Shown piece after piece: positions 8,569-15,949 of a stretch of DNA of 64,000 nt. The notes beneath the pieces are model-generated. The model was given only the letters and a program-made list of their open reading frames with translations. It was not told where the DNA came from and searched no databases. This stretch comes from Candidatus Eiseniibacteriota bacterium (GTDB taxonomy: Bacteria > Eisenbacteria > RBG-16-71-46 > CAIMUX01 > VGJL01): NCBI GenBank assembly GCA_041946735.1, contig JBHGAY010000023.1:1-64000 (forward strand). The letters run 5' to 3'. A program made the translations under genes and the position numbers. Within the stretch, counting starts at the first letter, position 1. Each line of letters starts with the position of its first letter.

Positions 8569-9860
8569 GGCTCGCTCCCTTCGGAGGTAGGGCCGGACGC
8601 GGAGCGGCGGGTGGACACCGCTTGGCCTCCCGGCGTTCGCGTTCGCGATGTCGCCTCGTCGTCGGGATCGGCGGCGCCCGCTTGGCCGGCATCGACACGC
8701 CCGCGCGACTGCTCGATCAGTTGCACGATCGCGGCGGCCAGACGGTCCCAGCCCATGTTCGCTCGGACGGCGCGGATTCCGTCGACGAGCGACGGCTCGA
8801 GGTCCTCTTCAAAGTAACGTGCCACCGCGTCGGCCAGCGCGGCCGGATCGTCGGGCGGGACGAGAATCCCGGTTTGTCCATCAGTCACCATCTCCTCGAG
8901 ACCGCCGACCCTCGTACAGACGACCGGGCGCTCGAGCTGGTAGGCGACCTGCACGATCCCGCTCTGGGTCGCCGACCGGTACGGAAGGACGACCAGGTCG
9001 CTCGCCGAGAACGCCGGCCCCACCTGCTCGTTCGGGACGTAGTCGCCCGTCATCGTCACCAGATCGCCGAGCGAAAGCTCCTCGATCAGCCGGTCGTACG
9101 GCCGGCGATCCTCGTAGAACTCCCCGAGGACGACGAGGCGAAGGCGCGGCCCGAGCCGCCGGCGCAGCTCCGGCATCGCGCGGAGCAGGACGTCGAGCCC
9201 CTTGTAGCGCCGGATGTAGCCGAAGAAGAGGAGCACGCGATCGTCGCGATCCCAGTCGAGGGCCGCTCGCGCCTCTTCGCGCGGCATCGGCTCGCCGAAC
9301 TGCTCGTAGAGCGGATGCGGCACCTTCGCGTAGAGAGCGCCGGGGCGGAAGCGCAGGAGATCGCGCTCCACCTCGCTCGACATCACGACGAAGGCGTCGG
9401 CGGCGCCGAGCATCCATCGCGTCAGCGCCTCGTCCAGCGGCCGCTTCTCGTGCGGAACGACGTTGTCGCAAATCAACACGACGCGCGCTCGCCCCGCCTC
9501 CCCTGCCTGGCGCGCGGTCTCGCGCCGCACCCGCCGGGCGATCGTCCCGAAGGAGGGGGCGAAGAACGGCATCCAGTACTTGAACAGGAGCGCGTTGGGA
9601 CGATCGGCGGCGATCACGCGCGCCGCGCGACGCCACGACAGCGGATTGACCGAGTCGACGATGGGACGAGCCGGGAAGGGGGCGGCGTCTGTCCCCGCCT
9701 CCATCTGGGTCTTGCCCGGGAAGAGCAGGCCGGGATACTGGCGGGTGAAGGAGTAGAGGCGGACGTCGTGCTGCCGGGCCAGCTCGCGGCAGAGGAGCGC
9801 GTTGTACTGAGCGATGCCGCCCCGCATCGGCCATGCGGTCCCGACGTAGGCGATCCTCAA
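8565..9860 (-). CDS. Glycosyltransferase family 4 (GT-B)
   Basis: Likely TTG start overlapping the hddA stop (LRIAYVGTAWPMRGGIAQY); FFGYIRRYKG and VLPYRSATQSG motifs. The upstream extension in the ORF track is a shadow of hddA. Confidence 0.88.
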   Translation of the reverse strand: MRIAYVGTAWPMRGGIAQYNALLCRELARQHDVRLYSFTRQYPGLLFPGKTQMEAGTDAAPFPARPIVDSVNPLSWRRAARVIAADRPNALLFKYWMPFFAPSFGTIARRVRRETARQAGEAGRARVVLICDNVVPHEKRPLDEALTRWMLGAADAFVVMSSEVERDLLRFRPGALYAKVPHPLYEQFGEPMPREEARAALDWDRDDRVLLFFGYIRRYKGLDVLLRAMPELRRRLGPRLRLVVLGEFYEDRRPYDRLIEELSLGDLVTMTGDYVPNEQVGPAFSASDLVVLPYRSATQSGIVQVAYQLERPVVCTRVGGLEEMVTDGQTGILVPPDDPAALADAVARYFEEDLEPSLVDGIRAVRANMGWDRLAAAIVQLIEQSRGRVDAGQAGAADPDDEATSRTRTPGGQAVSTRRSASGPTSEGSEP

Positions 9861-10912
9861 GCGCTCTCCCCGTTCTCGGGCGGGACGATCCACGTCTGCA
9901 GTCCCCGGTCCTCCAGCGCAAAGGGGACGATACGTCCTCCCTCCGCCTCGAGCGCGCGCTCGACCGGCTGCCTCCGCTCGAACGGACAGAAGAGGAGCAG
10001 AAAGCCGCCGCCTCCCGCGCCGAGCAGCTTGCCGCCGATCGCGCCCGAGGCGATCGCCGCTTCGTGCAGCCGATCGATCCGCTCGTTCGTGATCCCCGGA
10101 TCGAGATCCTTCTTCGCGATCCACGCCTCCCGCAAAAGCTCCCCGAAGCGACGGACGCGGTCGCGCAGCAGCGCCGCCTTCATCTCGGACGCGAGATCCT
10201 TCATGCGATCGAGACTCCGGACGACCAGGGGATTCCCGTCGATGAAGGAGCGTGTCTGACTCTCGACGATGCTCGCCGACAGGCGGCTCGCGCCGCTGTA
10301 GCAGAGCAGAAGCGAGTACTCGAGCTCGTTGACGACGTCGCGGCGGATCCGCAGCGGATTGACGATCGTGTGGTCGCGGTGGAACTCGATCCAGTTGAAG
10401 CCGCCGAAGGTGGCCGCGTACGGGTCCTGACGCCCTCCCGGGATCGCGAGATCGGTCCGCTCGATCCGGTAGCTCAGCTCGGCGATCTCGTAGTTGCCGA
10501 GCGGTTCGCGAAGCCAGGAACGGATCAAGCCGACGAGCGCCGTAACGAGCGTCGACGAGGAGCCGAGGCCGGAGCCGGGCGGCGCATCGGAATGCACGAG
10601 CAGGTCGAACCCGCCCGCCGGGCCTCGCGAGCGCGCGAGCAGCCGCTCGCGGAAGTGGTTCACCACCCCCTTCAAGAGATCGAGATCGCCGTCGAGGGGG
10701 AGCGGGTCGTCGAGCGGGAAGGTGCGCGTAGTGTCGTAGTCGAGGCTCGTCAGCGACACGACCCGGTCGGCGCGCGTCCGGAGCGTCGCGTAGACGTACT
10801 TGTCGATCGTGGTCGAGAGGACGACTCCGCCTCGTTGCTCCGGATAGGGAGAGACGTCCGTCCCTCCTCCGCAGAACGAGATCCGGAGCGGGGCCTTGGC
10901 ACGGAGGATCAT
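9857..10912 (-). CDS. hddA: D-glycero-alpha-D-manno-heptose 7-phosphate kinase (GHMP kinase)
   Basis: APLRISFCGGGTD, PPGSGLGSSS, GGRQD and GGKLLGAGGGG motifs; co-transcribed with gmhA. Confidence 0.9.
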   Translation of the reverse strand: MILRAKAPLRISFCGGGTDVSPYPEQRGGVVLSTTIDKYVYATLRTRADRVVSLTSLDYDTTRTFPLDDPLPLDGDLDLLKGVVNHFRERLLARSRGPAGGFDLLVHSDAPPGSGLGSSSTLVTALVGLIRSWLREPLGNYEIAELSYRIERTDLAIPGGRQDPYAATFGGFNWIEFHRDHTIVNPLRIRRDVVNELEYSLLLCYSGASRLSASIVESQTRSFIDGNPLVVRSLDRMKDLASEMKAALLRDRVRRFGELLREAWIAKKDLDPGITNERIDRLHEAAIASGAIGGKLLGAGGGGFLLLFCPFERRQPVERALEAEGGRIVPFALEDRGLQTWIVPPENGESA

Positions 10913-11005
10913 TTGCGGCCATTCTCCGGGAGGGCCGCAGGGGTGTCAACGCCCGCGCCTTTCTCCTTCCCCTCGCGGGCTCCCGAGCGGCATCATCGAC
11001 CCCCG

Positions 11006-12883
11006 ATGCAACCTTCCACGACTGAGACCATCGCGCCGGGGACGCCGGCGCCGCAAACCGGGCCCGCGAGCGATACGCGCGCTCTCTACGAGCAGCGTCT
11101 CGCGGACCGCGCCCAGCGGCGACGTTCGCTGTCCCGGCGGGATCTCCTGCTCGCGAATGCGCGCCTCGTCCTGTTCCTGGCGCTCCTCGTCATGCTCTGG
11201 CTGGCCTTCCTCTCGAGCCTGTTCCCCCCGGCCTGGTGCATCCTCCCCGCGATCGCCTTCATCGGGCTGATCGTCGCCCACGACCGGGCGATCCGCGCGC
11301 GCCGGCGGGCCGAGCGCGCGACGGCGTTCTACGAGGCCGGTCTGCGGCGGATCGACGACACGTGGGCCGGTTCCGGCCCAGCCGGTGAGGCCTACCTCGA
11401 TCGTGCGCACCCGTATGCCGAGGACCTCGACATCTTCGGCCCCGCGTCGCTCTTCCAGCTGCTCTGCGCCGCTCGTACGTCGATCGGCGAGCACACTCTC
11501 GCTTCCTGGCTGCTCGCCCCCGCCTCGAGCGGCGAGGTCCGCGAGCGCCAGGCCGCCGTCGCGGACCTCCGCGACCGCCTCGATCTGCGCGAGGACCTCT
11601 CCGTCGAAGGGGAGGAGATCGCCGGGACGATCCATCCCGAAGCGCTGGAGCGGTGGGCCTCCGCGCCACCGAGCCTCGTGTCGCCCTGGGTGCCGATCGG
11701 CGCCGCGCTCACCTCCGCGGCGACGACCGCCGGAGTCCTCGGCTGGGCCGCCTTCGGCGCAGGGCCACTCCCGTTCCTCGCGGCCCTCGCCGTCCAGCTC
11801 GCCTTCGGGCAGGTGACGAGACGGCCGGTCGTCCGCGTGCTGCGGGACGTGGAGCAGCCGGGGCGCGAACTCGACCTTCTCGCCCGGATCCTCTCCCGGG
11901 TCGAGCGCGAGGGGTTCGCTTCGCCGCGCATGCAGGCGCTCGCGGGATCTTTGTCGGGACGGTCCGCATCCCGGCGGATCGCGGGGCTCGCCCGCCTCAT
12001 CGAGACCGACGAGTGGCGCAAGAATGTCTTCTTCGCGCCGTTCGCCTTCCTGCTCGGATGGCAGACGCAGTTCGCGGCCGCGATCGATCGCTGGCGGGCG
12101 AGAAACGGCGCGGAAGTGCCGGGCTGGCTGCGCGCGGTCGGCGAGGTCGAGGCGCTCGTCTCCTTCGCGTCCTACGCGCACGAGCACCCGGGCGATCCGT
12201 TCCCGGAGATTCTCGACGCGCCGGCGATCGCGGAGCGGCGAGGCGGCGAGCCTCGCTTCGAAGCGGAAGAGGTGACGCACCCGCTGATCCCCGCGTCGCG
12301 CGCCGTGCGCAACTCCGTCTCGCTCGGTCCGGACATGCGCCTGCTGGTCGTCAGCGGATCGAACATGTCGGGAAAGAGCACCCTGCTGCGGACGGTCGGC
12401 GTGAACGCGATCCTGGCTCTCGCGGGCGCCCCAGTGCGCGCGCGCCGGTTTGCGATCTCGCCGCTCGCGATCGGCGCCTCGATCCGGCCGGTCGACTCGC
12501 TCCAGGAAGGGACCTCCCACTTCTACGCGGAGATCACGCGGTTGCGCACGCTGGTCGAGATCGCCGGAGGCCCGCTTCCGCTGCTGTTCCTGATCGACGA
12601 GATCCTGCACGGGACGAATTCGCACGATCGCCGGATCGGCTCCGAGGCAGTGGTGCGAGGGCTGCTGGATCGTGGAGCGGTCGGATTGATCACGACGCAC
12701 GACCTCGCCCTCGCGCGCGTGGCCGACTCGCTCGCGCCGCGCGCCGCGAACGTCCACTTCGAGGACACGATCCTCGAGGGACGGATCCGCTTCGACTACA
12801 GGCTCCGGCCGGGCGTTGTGACGAAGTCGAACGCGCTCGCTCTCATGCGGGCGGTGGGCCTGGAGGTGCCGGAGGTGGAGTGA
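11006..12883 (+). CDS. Membrane-anchored MutS-related ATPase (MutS domain V), not canonical MutS1
   Basis: N-terminal TM pairs; Walker A SGSNMSGKST, Walker B LIDEILHGTNS and TTHD; no mismatch-binding domain. Start at MQPSTTET is approximate. Confidence 0.88.
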   Translation: MQPSTTETIAPGTPAPQTGPASDTRALYEQRLADRAQRRRSLSRRDLLLANARLVLFLALLVMLWLAFLSSLFPPAWCILPAIAFIGLIVAHDRAIRARRRAERATAFYEAGLRRIDDTWAGSGPAGEAYLDRAHPYAEDLDIFGPASLFQLLCAARTSIGEHTLASWLLAPASSGEVRERQAAVADLRDRLDLREDLSVEGEEIAGTIHPEALERWASAPPSLVSPWVPIGAALTSAATTAGVLGWAAFGAGPLPFLAALAVQLAFGQVTRRPVVRVLRDVEQPGRELDLLARILSRVEREGFASPRMQALAGSLSGRSASRRIAGLARLIETDEWRKNVFFAPFAFLLGWQTQFAAAIDRWRARNGAEVPGWLRAVGEVEALVSFASYAHEHPGDPFPEILDAPAIAERRGGEPRFEAEEVTHPLIPASRAVRNSVSLGPDMRLLVVSGSNMSGKSTLLRTVGVNAILALAGAPVRARRFAISPLAIGASIRPVDSLQEGTSHFYAEITRLRTLVEIAGGPLPLLFLIDEILHGTNSHDRRIGSEAVVRGLLDRGAVGLITTHDLALARVADSLAPRAANVHFEDTILEGRIRFDYRLRPGVVTKSNALALMRAVGLEVPEVE

Positions 12884-12884
12884 G

Positions 12885-13025
12885 TGTGCGCGCGAGAGAG
12901 AGACCGCCGGAGAGCGCGCCGGAGAGCGCGCCGGAGCGAGCAGCGCCCGAGAGCGCGCAAGAGAGCGCGCCAATGAGAGAGGACGAGCAAGAGAGCGAGC
13001 GAGCGAGTCAGTGAGAGAGCGCGCG
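12885..13025. repeat. Degenerate tandem and low-complexity repeat (GAGAGCGCGCCG-like, about 12-bp period)
   Basis: Repeated gagagcgcgc units and (GAGC)n between convergent genes. Confidence 0.7.
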
Positions 13026-13097
13026 AGCTAGAGTGAGGGCCGGCATTGCAGCCGGCCCTCTCCCTTGCAGCTTTGGAACGAGGCGCCCTGGATCGGG

Positions 13098-13802
13098 CTA
13101 CTCGTGATGCTCCGATGGCGGCGGCGGCGCGGGAGCCGCGGGCGGCGCTGGCGGAACGGGAGCGGGCGGGGCGATCTTCATCCCGCCTCGGTACGGCGCG
13201 ACGCGGCGATGGCCCCTCTGCATCGGCTCCGGCGCGGGAGCGCTCATGCCGGCACGGCAGCAAGGGCCGCCGCACGGGCAGTTCTCACCGCCGCGATGCA
13301 TCCATATCCTGTCCCGATGGTGACGCCGCACGGGCCGCTCGATGTATCCCCAGCCGGCCGGATCGGGGATGCGCCTCGTGCGCTCCATCTTCCCGTCCGG
13401 GCAGCCTGCGCTCGTCGCTGACGGGCACCCCATGCCCATCCCGGCGGACGCCTTCATCGGAGTGCCGAATCGCGCGGACATCGCGGCCTGCGCCGCGTAC
13501 CCCATCGACTGCTGCCCACGCGCCATGGACTGCTGCCCACCCGCCATCGGACAGCCCGGAGGACATCCCATCTGCGATCCGCCCGCTCGAGGCATCGTTG
13601 CGGCTGCGTGGCTCGGGCACGCCGGCTGAGGCTGCTGCGCCTGTGTCTGCTGCATCGCCGCCCGCTGGTGCAAGCACGCCTGCTGGCAGCCGCCCTTGCC
13701 TTCGCACATCCCCCCGTGGCGCATCGCGAAACCCTGTGCGCACCCGAGCGCCAGTACGGCGACCAGCGCCCCGAGGGCCAGCACGTAGATCCTTCCCTTC
13801 AC
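13098..13802 (-). CDS. Exported or lipoprotein-like Cys/Met/His/Pro-rich hypothetical protein
   Basis: GTG start after AAGGAG; signal MKGRIYVLALGALVAVLALGC; 13 Cys with repeated GCP/ACP motifs, CPCGGPCC, and a Pro-rich tail ending EHHE. Confidence 0.65.
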   Translation of the reverse strand: MKGRIYVLALGALVAVLALGCAQGFAMRHGGMCEGKGGCQQACLHQRAAMQQTQAQQPQPACPSHAAATMPRAGGSQMGCPPGCPMAGGQQSMARGQQSMGYAAQAAMSARFGTPMKASAGMGMGCPSATSAGCPDGKMERTRRIPDPAGWGYIERPVRRHHRDRIWMHRGGENCPCGGPCCRAGMSAPAPEPMQRGHRRVAPYRGGMKIAPPAPVPPAPPAAPAPPPPSEHHE

Positions 13803-14056
13803 GTCGCGACTCCTTCCTCTTCGTCCCCTCTTGCCTACCCTCTGCGTCCCCTCTGCCTACCGGCTGCCCGCGTCCTGTCGTCCGCGGATCCGAACGCACG
13901 TTACCCGGAGTATCGGCCTCCCGGCCGGGGCGGAAAAGCGGAGCCTGTGATTGGCGACGGAGAATCGTTCGGAGCGGCCGGCGGCGAAGGGCGGGCGGAA
14001 GGGGCGGAAGCAGGCAACAGGGGGCGGCCGCCGCTCCGGCCGGCTCGGCCGGCCCG

Positions 14057-14815
14057 TCAATCGTCGGCGGAAGCGGAAGATGCGGCGGCGTCCTGCTCGA
14101 GACGCCTTCGGATCTCGGCGAACTCGCGCTCCGCCCGGGCCAGGCGATCCGGAGTCCCGATGTCCAGGAAGTAGGCGCTGGAGCGGAAGGCGTGGAGCCG
14201 CCCCTCGCGCGCCCACCGTGGCAGAACCTCCTGCTCGAGGCTCCCCGGCCGCTCGTCGATCTCTTCGATCATCGAGCGGTCGAGGACGTAGACGCCGGCG
14301 TTGATCCAGCCCGCTCCGGAGGCGCCCTTCTCGAAGAAGCGCTCGACCGTCCCATCCGCGCGGATCTCGAGCCCACCGTAGTCCGAGCGGTCCGCGCCGA
14401 CCGAGACGGCCACGATCGTCGCCGTGCCCGGCTTGTGCGCCGCGAGAACCGCCGGGGCGTCCACGTCCACGAAGGAGTCCGCGTTGGCGACCCAGTTGCG
14501 GGCGCCGGCGACCGCGCGAGCGCTGGCGAGCGCGCCGGCGGTCCCCAACGGCGAGGATTCCGCGAGGAAGATCCGGTCGGGCCCGGCGGGACCGAAAACG
14601 CTCTCCACTTCCGCCGCGCGATAGCCGGTCAGGAACACGATGCGCGCGGGATCGAGCGCCCGCGCGCGCTCGAGGGAGTAGCGCAGGAGCGGCCATCCGG
14701 CGACCGGCAGGACCGCTTTCGGCCGGTCGGTCACCGAGCGGAGCCGACTCCCCTGTCCGCCACAGAGGAAGAGGACGACGACCTCCCGCTCCCGGGATGC
14801 GATGTTCGAGTCCAC
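14057..14815 (-). CDS. hddC: Sugar-1-phosphate nucleotidyltransferase, likely D-glycero-alpha-D-manno-heptose 1-phosphate guanylyltransferase
   Basis: LCGGQGSRLR...PK, ESSPLGTAGA, WINAGVY, SLE and FLDIGTP motifs; short single domain near gmhA and hddA. Start at GTG 14815 is inferred. Confidence 0.75.
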   Translation of the reverse strand: MDSNIASREREVVVLFLCGGQGSRLRSVTDRPKAVLPVAGWPLLRYSLERARALDPARIVFLTGYRAAEVESVFGPAGPDRIFLAESSPLGTAGALASARAVAGARNWVANADSFVDVDAPAVLAAHKPGTATIVAVSVGADRSDYGGLEIRADGTVERFFEKGASGAGWINAGVYVLDRSMIEEIDERPGSLEQEVLPRWAREGRLHAFRSSAYFLDIGTPDRLARAEREFAEIRRRLEQDAAASSASADD

Positions 14816-15074
14816 GCGAGGATCGTATAGGAGGCGCGGCGGCGAGGGGCGTAACAATGCGCCCCGTGTCCGGCGGTGGCGTTCCCGGAAGAATCTCGAG
14901 CCCCTGCCTGGCCCGCCTCGGAAGTCCGGCGGCGGCGCAACTGTCAAGGAAGCGCGTCGCTACAGCCCGTTCGACGGGACTGCAGGACCTGCTGACCCCG
15001 CGTTCGGTGCCCCTCGCAGCGCTGCTGGCCATGCGATCCCCCCGTGACAGTAGGGTCTGCAGCCCTGCTGGACG

Positions 15075-15790
15075 TCTTGTCCCGCGTTTCGATGCGTCCC
15101 GCAGCGGCGGCGGACGCGCCGGTCCCGACGTCCGACCGCTCCGGCGGCGCCGGGGGACGGGCTGTCCCGCGTTTCAACGCCTCCTCCGGCGCTGCGTGAC
15201 GTTCTGTCCCGGCGCATCGCGCCGCGTGCAGCGCTGCAGGTGACCGTTTCCGTGCCTACGATGGGATCTTCCGCAGCGCTGGCCGCGTTTTCCGCGTTTT
15301 CTCTCCAGCCCGCTCGTCCTGCTGGCACCATCGAAAACGGGGACAGCATGTCCGGCAGTCCTGCATGGCGCTTCGAACGCGGGGACAATAGGTCCCGCAG
15401 CGCCTGCAGGCGGGAGTTCCGGCGGGATCCTGAGTCCGGCAGCGCTGCGCGAGGCCCGATGCGAGGGGACGATGCGGCCCGCGGCGCTGCGTGCCGCGCT
15501 GTACGCGGGATCCCATGCGGCCCGCGGCGCTGCGTGCCGGATGTTGCGCCCGCACCATGGGCCCGGCGGCGGTGCACGGCGCTTCGAATGCGGGGACAGC
15601 GCGGCCGGCGGCGCTGCACGGCACTTCGAACGCGGGGCCGATGCGTCCGCCGGCGCCGCAGGCGGCTTCGAACGCGAGGACGATGCGTCCGCCGGCGTCG
15701 CGCGCCACGTGGCACCCCAGGCCGATGCGTCAGCCGGCGCCGCGCGCCACGTGGCACGCCCGGACGATGCGTCCGCCGGCGCCGGCAACC
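15075..15790. repeat. Degenerate array of about 42-bp repeats (about 11 direct units at about 15328-15790, plus partial inverted units at about 15075-15240)
   Basis: Recurring cttcgaacgcggggac and gatgcgtccgccggcg blocks at a 42-43 bp period; the reverse-complement block tgtcccgcgtttc occurs upstream. Confidence 0.75.
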
Positions 15791-15949
15791 CCTTCCGATC
15801 CAGGGACCGCGCCGGTCCCTGGCCCGCCCCTGTCCCGCCCCCGCTTTCCTCGCCGCCGCTCCAGAGGCTGTGCTAGCCTCGGATCCCGTGCGCCGGGAGC
15901 GCGCGCGATCCGGCCCGAGCGATCGTCGCGTCCCGCCAACGGACCGAGA

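Noticed and set aside
9861..10949. 794-aa ORF 8565..10949 as a fusion protein, and the 9833..11005 extension of the MutS-like ORF
   Set aside because: Both extensions are Arg/Pro-rich shadow translations overlapping hddA; the recognisable domains start at about 9860 and about 11006.
11006..12883. Canonical mismatch-repair mutS or mutS2
   Set aside because: It lacks the mismatch-binding, connector and Smr domains and has TM helices.
15075..15790. 42-bp array as a CRISPR array
   Set aside because: Units are degenerate along their whole length, with no constant repeat and unique spacer alternation, and there are no cas genes in the window.
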